Assembly: GCA_004431415.1 (NCBI GenBank) | Contig: QPMI01000689.1 | Span: 1 to 64,000 of the forward strand | Source: Cyanophora paradoxa CCMP329 | Lineage: Eukaryota > Plantae > Glaucophyta | DNA length: 64,000 nucleotides | Direction of reading: 5' to 3' | Shown: positions 47,300-56,389 of the stretch, in pieces | Position numbering within the stretch: position 1 is the first letter of the stretch | Layout: each line of letters opens with the position of its first letter | Program-made: the position numbers and the translations under genes | Notes under the pieces: generated by a model | Databases searched by the model: none | Told to the model about the DNA's origin: nothing | The model's input: the letters and a program-made list of their open reading frames with translations, nothing else

Positions 47300-48364
47300 A
47301 TGCAGCGCGGGGACCGGCAACGTGCGCGTCTGGCGATTGAGTTCGAGGATGGCGACGAGCGGCCGCCGAAACGGCACGATCCGAGCCACCTGCCGGGCGT
47401 GCCGGCGCGCCTGCTGCACGTGCCGCGCGAGCCCCAGCCGCGAACCGAAACGCTCGCGGAGGTTCGGACGGAGATCGAGGGCATTCGCGAGCTCGGAGGC
47501 ATCATTCTCGGCGACTCGGAGCCCCGCGAGACGCGATTGGAGGGCATCTCGCGCCCCGTGCTGACCGTGCGCGCGGGCCCGGAGGCGACCGCGGAGGTTC
47601 GGCGCATCTACCGGCGTCACTTCTGGGGCCCGGCGGTGCGCATGCTGGACGCCGACGACATTGCGGACGTGCTGGCATTCCGCGCGCCCGACTGGGCCCG
47701 GCGCCCACCACGCGGGGGCATACCGTATTCCAGGGCGCCCGTTCACCTGGCCCTCCGGCTGCGTGACGGCACGTGCCACTTCTGGAACTGCTGGGACGCC
47801 TACGCCGGCTCTGCAGGCGCTTTGTACCGGTCGCGATGGACGTTCATGATGCGACGTGCGGTCGGCGCGGAGACCGACGCGCACTACGAGGCCTGCAAGA
47901 CGGCGGCGGGCGGTCGGCGGCTGACGTGCGCGTCATGCGGCGCCATTGAGAACGACGAGCCGCATCAGGTCGACCACGCGGGGCCCGATTCATTCGCCGC
48001 GATCCTGCTGGACTTCTGCCGCCAGCGGGGGCTCGAACGGTCCGACGGGCGCATTGAGTCGAAGATCATGGCGCGGAAGGCCTCGGAGGGCGAGGCTGGC
48101 AACTACCACCCGCTGCTGCCCGTGGTGCTCGAAACGGTCCCGCCCACCCTTTCGGCGGACTTCGCGGACTACCACCGGGCACGCAAAAAGGGGCTGCGGA
48201 TCCTTTGCCGGCCCTGCAACGCCCGCGAGGGGAGCCTGGTGCCGCGAAAGGCCGGGCGCTACACCATTGGCGGGCGGCTGGTGTGCGAGCGGAACGGCCC
48301 GTTCGACCGTGACAGGCCAGCGTCACCCGTCCGCGTCATCCTGAACCGCCGTAGGCCGCCGTGA
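47300..48364 (+). CDS. Intronless HNH-like (zinc-binding) nuclease protein, possibly with a DCL/DUF3223-like N-terminal half
   Basis: CASC...HQVDHAGPDSF...FADYH...LRILCRPCN; upstream TTAAATAG box and shared motifs. Confidence 0.7.
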   Translation: MQRGDRQRARLAIEFEDGDERPPKRHDPSHLPGVPARLLHVPREPQPRTETLAEVRTEIEGIRELGGIILGDSEPRETRLEGISRPVLTVRAGPEATAEVRRIYRRHFWGPAVRMLDADDIADVLAFRAPDWARRPPRGGIPYSRAPVHLALRLRDGTCHFWNCWDAYAGSAGALYRSRWTFMMRRAVGAETDAHYEACKTAAGGRRLTCASCGAIENDEPHQVDHAGPDSFAAILLDFCRQRGLERSDGRIESKIMARKASEGEAGNYHPLLPVVLETVPPTLSADFADYHRARKKGLRILCRPCNAREGSLVPRKAGRYTIGGRLVCERNGPFDRDRPASPVRVILNRRRPP

Positions 48365-48787
48365 CCCGCCTCGTCGTTCGTGTGCACACGTGATGCAAGT
48401 GAATGCAAGACGAACCCCTGCCTACCCCCTGCCGCCGCCGACGTTCGAGCGGGATTAGGCCCAGCAGGAAGCCACCCCCCCGGGCCAGGGTTTGCGATTC
48501 AGGGGGTGAATTGAGCAAATTCGGATTCATCACACGTCACTTACCTACCTGACGTCGAGGTGCGCATTGATGAATCTCAATCCCTGCACGCCCACCCCCC
48601 GTGCCGCAACCTCTGACGGGGACGCGCGCCGGTTGGGGGGTGCACGTGGCGGCAACACGATTGGCTGACGGGTGACGCCGAATGCTGACGGCGGACGTCC
48701 CGAATGCCGACGGGCCGGGCTGAAGGGGAGACGGGGTTGCATGCGAGTCCCGTGCGCGAAATACGAGTGGTAAGGCCGACCAGAGAG

Positions 48788-49735
48788 TGGCTGACGGGTG
48801 ACGGGGAGAATTCGGGTGACAGTGACGGGTGACGCACGTGCAGGGGGGTACACCCCCCGTTCAAATTTTTGGTTATATTGAACCAAAAAATTTGAACGGG
48901 GGGTGTACCCCCCTGCCCCTCCTGCAGGGAGCGAGAGGGGGAAGAGGGGTAAGCGCACCACAAACGTCGCGTCACGCATGGCCGTGTGGGCCACAAACAG
49001 GCTCAGAGGGATGGCGGTCTTGGCAGAGGTGAAGCGGAGGCAGCTCGACGGGGCCAGGAAGGCGCCAACAGAGGAGGTGACACGGGAGCGCACTGTGACG
49101 GCGCCGATCTCGTCGGAGAGAAGGAAGCTGTCCATAATCTCCGCGGGCTTGATGCACACGCAGCTATCGCTGCCACCGGTGCACTTGAGAGGGGAAGAGT
49201 GCACACCCGCCGCGTGGAAGGAGCCGTAGCCCATGTGGCCGACGATGTTGAGGGAGCTGGTGGCTGACGGGTGACGGGGAGAATTCGGGTGACAGTGACG
49301 GGTGACGCACGTGCAGGGGGGTACACCCCCCGTTCAAATTTTTGGTTATATTGAACCAAAAAATTTGAACGGGGGGTGTACCCCCCTGCCCCTCCTGCAG
49401 GGAGCGAGAGGGGGAAGAGGGGTAAGCGCACCACAAACGTCGCGTCACGCATGGCCGTGTGGGCCACAAACAGGCTCAGAGGGATGGCGGTCTTGGCAGA
49501 GGTGAAGCGGAGGCAGCTCGACGGGGCCAGGAAGGCGCCAACAGAGGAGGTGACACGGGAGCGCACTGTGACGGCGCCGATCTCGTCGGAGAGAAGGAAG
49601 CTGTCCATAATCTCCGCGGGCTTGATGCACACGCAGCTATCGCTGCCACCGGTGCACTTGAGAGGGGAAGAGTGCACACCCGCCGCGTGGAAGGAGCCGT
49701 AGCCCATGTGGCCGACGATGTTGAGGGAGCTGGTG
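48788..49735. repeat. 473-bp direct tandem duplication
   Basis: Identical ORFs offset by 473 nt (48829/49302; 48903/49376). Confidence 0.92.
48840..48916. repeat. ~35-bp-arm near-perfect palindrome (second copy at 49313-49389)
   Basis: GCAGGGGGGTACACCCCCCGTTCAAATTTTTGGTT-ATATTG-AACCAAAAAATTTGAACGGGGGGTGTACCCCCCTGC. Confidence 0.9.
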
Positions 49736-50957
49736 ATGCTGAGGGGCTGAACGGGCTCAGAGGGGCTGATAGAGAAGGCACCGGGGAACATGGAGCGACC
49801 GCCGATGTAGTTCGGATCCATAGCAGCAACCCAGCTGCCGGTCGTGCTCACAACAGTCTTGACGTGCTGGATGTGCCCCCAATCGATGGAGACGCCCTCC
49901 AGAGAAGTCATGGTAGCCGGCGCGCTGTTGAGGGGGAGCTCCGCCGGCAGGGGTACGGGAGCAGGAGGCAGGGGGGGGCCGGGGAGGGTACAGGCGACTC
50001 CACGGGGGGGGAGGCCGGGGAGGGTACAGGAGAAGAAGCCGGCGAGGGTACGGGGAGCTCCACCGGAGAAGGGGCAGGGGGGGCCACCGGCGCCGGAAGG
50101 GGGGACGGGGCGGCCTCAGGGAAAATGCCCAGCTCGTCCATGAGAGCCAAGCCAGCATCCACATTATCCTGCGCGGAGAGTCAGGCCAAAACAGCAGGGA
50201 ATCAGCCTTCGAAAACTCACATCATTCGAGTTATCAGCAGCAACCGGCGCCGGATTCATGATGCTCTCAACCTCAGCGCGAATCTAGCAAAAGCGGGCTC
50301 AGATAGAGCGGGACAGGGCAGAATCGAAAAAATCAAAAAGCGCACCGATTCATCCTCGACAGGAGCACTCTCAAAGTGATCAGGTCCGAACAGGCCAGGA
50401 AACTCATTGAGCTGCAGAGTGAATCAGAATGAGCGCAGAGGGACGACAGCAAAGAAGGCACCTGAATTTGCGGAGATGAAGGGCCCGCAGTGGGCTCCTC
50501 AAGGGGGGGAGAGGGCTGCAGCTGAATGGGCTCTTGCTGGAGAGGGGGGGGTTGAACAAGATAAGGCTGATTGAAATAGACAGCAGGCTGAGAAGGCTGG
50601 AACTGCTGCTGAGCATTCAGCGGGGCGCCGTGGAAAGTGAGCTGCTGGGGCGGGCGGGGGCGCTGGCTGGTCGGCACGTAAGGGACTCCAGCAGGAACTG
50701 GCGTCATGTTCAGCTGCTGCATCCGGATCGCAGCGTTCTGAGCAGAGGCAAGTGTTAGATGAGCAGAGCCGCGAGATTGAATCAAAAAGAGGGCGGACCA
50801 CGCTGGTTTGCATAAGAACCTGGATGCTGCGCTGAGCACTATTGTTGATCGACTCGATGCTGCGTGCCATGCCAAGGGTCATGGACACAAGGCTAGGCTG
50901 AGTCTGCCCAACAGGGCCTGGCTGGGGCTGCCCCTGATAGTAGCCGCTGAAGTCCAT
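49420..50957 (-). CDS. Orphan Q/P-rich protein with a globular C-terminal part, disrupted at the duplication/hairpin (multi-exon)
   Basis: MDFSGYYQGQPQPGPVGQ start with upstream TATAAA; Q/P-rich exons; SIDWGHIQHVKTVV...CVCIKP domain. Confidence 0.55.
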
Positions 50958-51039
50958 TGGCGCTAAGGTAGCTGGACTTGTGAGTTTTCAAAATACCAGG
51001 GCTTCCGCCGGTCTGAGAGTGTGTGACAGGACTATGGCA

Positions 51040-51390
51040 GCTTGCCCTTTTATAGGTTGGGCTATGTGGAAAGAGGTACTTCCCATTAAGTGGAAAGTAC
51101 CTCTTTCCGCATAGAATTAGTACGTCTACCCCCCTAGCCAATAATTGGCAATCATATGAAAGGACACCTACCCCCCTAATTGGTAAGTCGGGGGACTTGA
51201 ACGTTCAATCAAATTGGTAAGTTCGATCGCGAGACTTGAACATGGTAAGTTCAGCGGCAATCATTAGGAAAAAACAAATGATGGAATCCGCATAGAATCA
51301 GGGGTACACCCCCAAATTCTATGCGGAAAGTACCTCTTTCCCCATAGCGGAAAGTACCTCTTTCCGCATAGCTGGAAGTATAAAGCACCT
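51040..51390. promoter_or_regulatory. Bidirectional promoter block with GGAAAGTACCTCTTTCC motifs and TATA boxes on both sides
   Basis: Motifs at ~51068, 51092, 51325 and 51349; TATAAA on + at 51379 and on - at ~51048-51053. Confidence 0.7.
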
Positions 51391-51473
51391 TTTTGCAGCC
51401 AGTATGCTCACTCTTTGCCACTCTCTCAGTAGTAACTTAGCCAGATACCTCTCGCATTCTGCCTTAGTTCACC

Positions 51474-52097
51474 ATGGCGGTCACCATCAACGTCAGCGAC
51501 GCCCTTCGCCGCGAGGCCGACCGGGTGGCCAGCTCCTTTGTTCTGGTGAAGGACTCTGATGATGAGTACAGCAGCGGCGAAGAGGTTTGCGCTGGCTTTC
51601 CATACCTCCGGCGAGCCGCTCTGACTTTGCGGCTTTCTCAGGCCAAGATGACAGGGGAAGGGATTCGGTACTGGGCGACGGAGACAGTGCGCCGGACCAT
51701 GCGCGATCTGAAGGAGAAGAAGACGCGCGAGGAAGCACACCGCGAGGCCTTCGACCACATCGCCGGCTCCATCATTCTCATCGAAGACTCCGACGAGGAG
51801 GAAAGCGATTACAATAGGAAGGTGCGGTTTCTGCCTGTTTTTTCGCGGCGCCGCTCACTTTTCACGCAGGCCAAGCTCACTCACTCCGGCATCAACTACT
51901 GGGTGAACCGTCAAGTCGAAAAGAGGATGCACGAGTTCAGGCAGAAGCGCAGCCAGATTGCCGCCGCCCGCGCCCTCCAGATCATGAGCGCCCCCGCCCC
52001 GGCCCCCGCTGTTGCTCCCGTGGCGCCCGAGCCCTTCGCCGCCTCCGACGACATGGAGGAGTCGGAAAACTCCGAGGCCGAGTCGGAGGATATGTAG
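51474..52097 (+). CDS. Orphan protein with two ~55-aa repeats, each carrying a SIM-like motif
   Basis: FVLVKDSDDE..|AKMTGEGIRYWATETVRRTM and IILIEDSDEEE..|AKLTHSGINYWVNRQVEKRM, with in-frame introns at equivalent positions; CACCATGG start. Confidence 0.7.
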   Translation: MAVTINVSDALRREADRVASSFVLVKDSDDEYSSGEEVCAGFPYLRRAALTLRLSQAKMTGEGIRYWATETVRRTMRDLKEKKTREEAHREAFDHIAGSIILIEDSDEEESDYNRKVRFLPVFSRRRSLFTQAKLTHSGINYWVNRQVEKRMHEFRQKRSQIAAARALQIMSAPAPAPAVAPVAPEPFAASDDMEESENSEAESEDM

Positions 52098-52254
52098 AAT
52101 TGTAAATGGACTATAGCTGGCCTTGTACAGTCAACGTTGTTTGATATATCAGAGCCCGTTACGCACAAGTCATTTTGGGCCCGGGCTCGGTTCTTGGCGG
52201 CTCTAGTTTTGGGAGCGATCGTGGGTTCGGTTCTCGGCGGCTGTAGTTTGGTAA

Positions 52255-52330
52255 GGGTGGACTCGAATCGGTGGATCCACTTAGCGGATCCACTTTGTGG
52301 ATCCACTTGGTGGATTTGGGCGTTTCCAAT
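52255..52330. promoter_or_regulatory. Cluster of (G)TGGATCCAC repeats with CCAAT upstream of the 52406 gene
   Basis: GTGGATCCACTTAGCGGATCCACTTTGTGGATCCACTTGGTGGATT; related motifs at ~47200 and 54481-54520. Confidence 0.55.
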
Positions 52331-52405
52331 TTCAACCGCGGCTCGTGCATAAGTAGGGCAGGCCCCGCTGTCTCCGCCACTTTGCCGGCCGTTCAGAATC
52401 GAACA

Positions 52406-53571
52406 ATGCACGCCCCCGACGCCCACGATGCCCAGGAGCACCAGCCGGAGCCGCAGCAGCCCCCCGATGCGCGCAGGGCCCTTGCCCGGGCCGTGCGGAA
52501 CAGGAAGCTCGTACCCCTCTGCGTCGACAACTACCTCAAGTTCAGCGCCGTCCTGGAGTACTGCCACGATCTGCTCGAGGGCCTCTTCAACGACCGCCAA
52601 TCGCCGACGGCCTGCCCCTTCACGTGCGAGCTCCTCACCGGCGAGTACACGGCGGCGCGCATCCGCACCGCCATGAGCAAGTGCGTCCTGCGAATGGCCT
52701 CCGTCCACCGCCTCGCATACGGGCTCGGCGAGTGCATCATTGAGACCCTGGAGCTCTGGCCGGGACACGTGGCGGTTTGTTATGCCGGCCCTTTGACATC
52801 CTCTGTCGCTTACCCCGGCCGCCCAGATCCCCCCTGTCGTCAAGCACCAGATCACCTCGATTGCCATGGAGATCGATTTCGATTACCGGGGGCGCGGCAT
52901 CGACGTTTCTCCCGCCAAGCGCATGCCCGCCTGCCCCCCGATCTTCATGACCAGCTGCGGCCGGCTCAACCTGGCGTGGTGCCCGACTGACTGCATCCGC
53001 TGCCCGTACTCCAAGGCCATGAACTCGCTCAAGGAGTGCGATCCGGTAGAGGAGATACTGGAGCTGGCCCTCGCCGTCGACTCCCACGATCACGACGGCG
53101 TTCTTGCCGATCACGAGCGGCGCTGCCCCGGTACCCGCTACGTCCTCCACCGCATCTACGACGAGCTCTGCGTTCTTAGGGAGCGCTGGGAGGGCTGCTA
53201 CTGGCTCGACGCAGCCTGGTACTGGCTTGCCTCGGCCCTCGGGAGCCACCTTCTCAAGATCGGCAAGTTCCTCGCACCCTACCGCTGGGTCCACTTCAAC
53301 ACGATCGTCTACTGCGTCAAGGCAGAGCAGATGGCCGTGCGCGGGCTCGGGTCTTGCCCGTGCCCCTTTCTCACCTTTTCGCGAACAGGAGCCGTATGCC
53401 GGGCTCTGCGAGGATCTCGAATCGCTCCTGTACGCCCTGAAGAACACCGAGGGCGCGAACAGGCCCCCCTCCCCGCTCTACTCCCCCATGTTCGACCGCA
53501 CGCGCCTTGCCCATCCGGAGGCCGGCATCAGCGTGGCAGGGACCCGCAAGCGCCGTTTCGTGGATATGTAG
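52406..53571 (+). CDS. Orphan Cys-rich protein (3 exons probable)
   Basis: MHAPDAH...LELWPGH|IPPVV...EIDFDYRG...YCVKAEQMA|EPYAGLCEDL...RKRRFVDM*. Confidence 0.6.
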
Positions 53572-53579
53572 GGCGCATT

Positions 53580-54020
53580 CTAGCTACCTGTGTTTCCCCC
53601 GACCCCTGTGATTTGGGTGTCCTCTTCGAAATTCGAATTGATCCTGAGCGATTCCTCCCGTGCATGCGTGGCCCTCCCGATGGCGATGGCCCTGAGCGGC
53701 GACCCGGCGGCCGTGAATAGGTGGGGGTTCACGCTGCGAATCGAGCTGGACCGGGCTCGCATGCCAATTGGGTGGTTGATTGTGAAACTGCGGGGGAGGC
53801 TCCGGGGAGAGGAGCGGGGCGTCGGGGGGGGTGGCTCGTGCAGGTGCTCCACCACCCCCCCGGGGAACACATCGGCGACTATCACGTGCGATGCCGTCAC
53901 GTGCGGCCCCGTGAAACGCTCTAGACCGGCCCTTTCCATCCAGACCGCCCCGCATGTCGGGCACTGGGCGGCTGCCATCACTTCGATTTCGACGGTACAA
54001 TTAATTGGCGCCGGCGTCAT
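53580..54020 (-). CDS. Orphan protein with CxxC (CPTC); its start overlaps the upstream stop
   Basis: ATG at 54020 within TGATG; MTPAPINCTVEIEVMAAAQCPTCGAVW. Confidence 0.45.
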   Translation of the reverse strand: MTPAPINCTVEIEVMAAAQCPTCGAVWMERAGLERFTGPHVTASHVIVADVFPGGVVEHLHEPPPPTPRSSPRSLPRSFTINHPIGMRARSSSIRSVNPHLFTAAGSPLRAIAIGRATHAREESLRINSNFEEDTQITGVGGNTGS

Positions 54021-54436
54021 CAACCGCCTGCGACATCCTGCCGGGCCGCGATCGAGACTACAACGGCATTGGCGGTCCCGCGGAGAACGAAGCTCTCCCC
54101 GAGGAACGCCTCCATGAGCCCGGAGCCCACCGCCTGCGTTGCGGAGGTCCAGCGCCGCGAGATCTCTGCCATGCGAGCGTACGATTCGACCATCGCGTCC
54201 AGGTGCGCCGGCTCCATGGACTCCCAGAGGCTCCGGAACTGGGGTAGGGTCATGCTGCGGACTTGGAAGAGCTTCGCCAGCAGATCGTCCTCCAGCGCGT
54301 ACACGGTGGGGTCCGGAGAGCACGACTCGGAGATTCGAGCCAGGCCGTCGGTGATCTCGTCGATGCAGGAGCGCATACGGGCAAGCGCCGACGTGACGCG
54401 AGAGGGTACGAGGACGACAGGGGTTGCGGGCGGCAT
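54020..54436 (-). CDS. Orphan helical protein, 138 aa, intronless
   Basis: CACCATG start; clean ORF downstream of TGGAT/CCAC motifs. Confidence 0.6.
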   Translation of the reverse strand: MPPATPVVLVPSRVTSALARMRSCIDEITDGLARISESCSPDPTVYALEDDLLAKLFQVRSMTLPQFRSLWESMEPAHLDAMVESYARMAEISRRWTSATQAVGSGLMEAFLGESFVLRGTANAVVVSIAARQDVAGG

Positions 54437-54479
54437 GGTGTGTGGCGAGCGTGTGCGAGTGAGAGACCGAGGGCGGGCT

Positions 54480-54690
54480 CGTCCACTTGGATTGGCCAGA
54501 ATCCACCAAGTGGATTGGAAAGGGGATTCCCGCTTTTGAGTTCCCGTACCCCTGATTCTATGCGGAATCCATCATTTGTTTTTCCCTTTTGCCGCTGCTG
54601 TACCCCTGATCTTATGCGGAAAGTACCTCTTTCCACATAGCGGAAAGCACCTCTTTCCACATAGCAGAAACTATAAATCCCCTTCCGCGC
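54480..54690. promoter_or_regulatory. Second bidirectional promoter block homologous to 51040-51390
   Basis: Two GCGGAAAG(T/C)ACCTCTTTCCACATAGC units then TATAAA (~54672). 54547-54585 is a near-exact reverse complement of 51268-51306. Confidence 0.7.
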
Positions 54691-54745
54691 TTCAGTTGTT
54701 AAAGCCACTCCCATTCGTGCATCAGCCCATTCTCCAGCCTCCACC

Positions 54746-54797
54746 ATGTCGGATCCCAGCGTCGAGATCAAGCCCGAGCGCATCAACATCTCGGTGA
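54746..54797 (+). pseudogene. 5' stub of an orphan gene interrupted by the AT-rich element
   Basis: CCACCATG, then MSDPSVEIKPERINISV in GC-rich codons, then an abrupt switch to AT-rich hairpin sequence. Confidence 0.6.
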
Positions 54798-54870
54798 ACA
54801 CATATGAATATTCATATTTTAATCCCTCGGCGTTCCGCCTCAGGATTAAAATATGAATATTCATATGTGT
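54798..54870. repeat. Terminal hairpin with 28-bp perfect arms
   Basis: ACACATATGAATATTCATATTTTAATCC (54798-54825), 17-nt loop, GGATTAAAATATGAATATTCATATGTGT (54843-54870). Confidence 0.92.
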
Positions 54871-54874
54871 GATT

Positions 54875-55590
54875 CGATGTTATATCAATAAAATCGATTA
54901 ATTTATTTGAATTTTCACATGAATTTTCATATTTTTATATGCATTTTTCAAGTAATTTAATCGATATTATATCGATAAACTCGATTAATCGATATTGTAT
55001 CTTAATTAGAGTTAATCGGAATTATATCAATAACTTCGATTGATCTTAATTGAATCCTAAATGAATCTAATCGGAATTATATCAATAAATTCGATTAAAT
55101 CATGTTCTTTTCCGATTAAATCAATTAAATATTTAACTTTGTTACCATAAGTGGTCTAAGTTGACTCACTTTTCATTAACATTTTGAACTCTTAGTCTCC
55201 TTGAATTTCTTAAGATGACTCAACTTAGTCAACTTAGTCAACTTTGTTACCATAATCAATCAGGGTGGACTCACTTTTAGATCAACTTTGAAATTTCAAG
55301 CAAAATCAACTTTGATTTCAAAAGTGGATCTTCTAAGTGGACTCAAAATGTTCACTTTGTGATACATGTTAGCTCAAATCCTTACTGTTTATGGTCAGGG
55401 TTGACTAAGTGGGGGGAGTTGACACATTTTTTGAAATCCTTTTTAGAAAACTTTAGGTCCCAAATATTTCCTGTGAAATTTGAGTCAACTCAACCCACTT
55501 AGTCAACCCTTGCATTGAATTCGTAACAAAATCCATATACTATTACTACTTTTACGATTAATATGAGTCAACCTTGAGTCCACTTTAATA
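54875..55590. repeat. Iteron-like repeats in the terminal region
   Basis: TTATATC(A/G)ATAA..TCGATT units at 54880-55120; GAGTCAAC/GAGTCCAC/GTTGACT units at 55140-55590, including a 26-bp inverted repeat at 55398-55423/55484-55509. Confidence 0.75.
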
Positions 55591-56389
55591 TAAATATTAT
55601 ATAATAGGGGGAATCTAGGGGAGATGCTTACTAAATGCAATGTTAGATTGATGTTTTCATATATGTGATCACGTTAATCGAAGCTATATAATACAGTGGA
55701 TTATTAGATATCATAAGTGGATCGAATTGATAAGTATATGGTTAAAAATCGCGATTTGTGAGTTATAATTGAATTTAATCGAATTATTTTGAATTTCAAA
55801 ACTCGCTTTAATCGTAATAGCGATGTATACACATCGAGATTCGTATATGTGATTGCAAGTTATTGTTATGTATGATATATGTGATTATATTCGATCGTCA
55901 GTGCATCGATTTGATAACTTCCTGGTGATCTATATTAAAAACCCACGTTTTTCAAGCGCATCGATTTGATAACGTGGTGCTGAGATATCGCAGCAAACGT
56001 GAATATTGATTTTCCAGACGGGTACAGCATTAATCTAGAAAAAAACGCGTTTTTTTTTTACTTTTCAAGTTTCACGGCGAACGAAGTAAAGGTTCTCGAG
56101 CGGATTTGAACCGCGTAGTTCCGAGTCAGAAATCAAGCGCTCTATTCTCTGAGCCAAAAACGCTTTTCAGCCAAGTCGATTCTTAGGCTAGTGTTTCACC
56201 AAGTCTACTATGGCAAGTGACTTTCGCATCTTCAAACTGCTATATCTCATCACCAGATCATCAAAACGCAACGTTCTGCATAGCGCTGTGAAGCGCTTGA
56301 TAAGATCTACAAGACTATGTGTATATCATATGCATATATGTATATCTGTCATACATATATTTGGAAAAAACGAGTTTTTGCCTAGCAAA

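Noticed and set aside
39457-50160. Programmed frameshifts at G/C runs (e.g. ~40258, ~49975)
   Set aside because: The shifts fall in homopolymers and differ between duplicate copies; sequencing error or decay is more likely.
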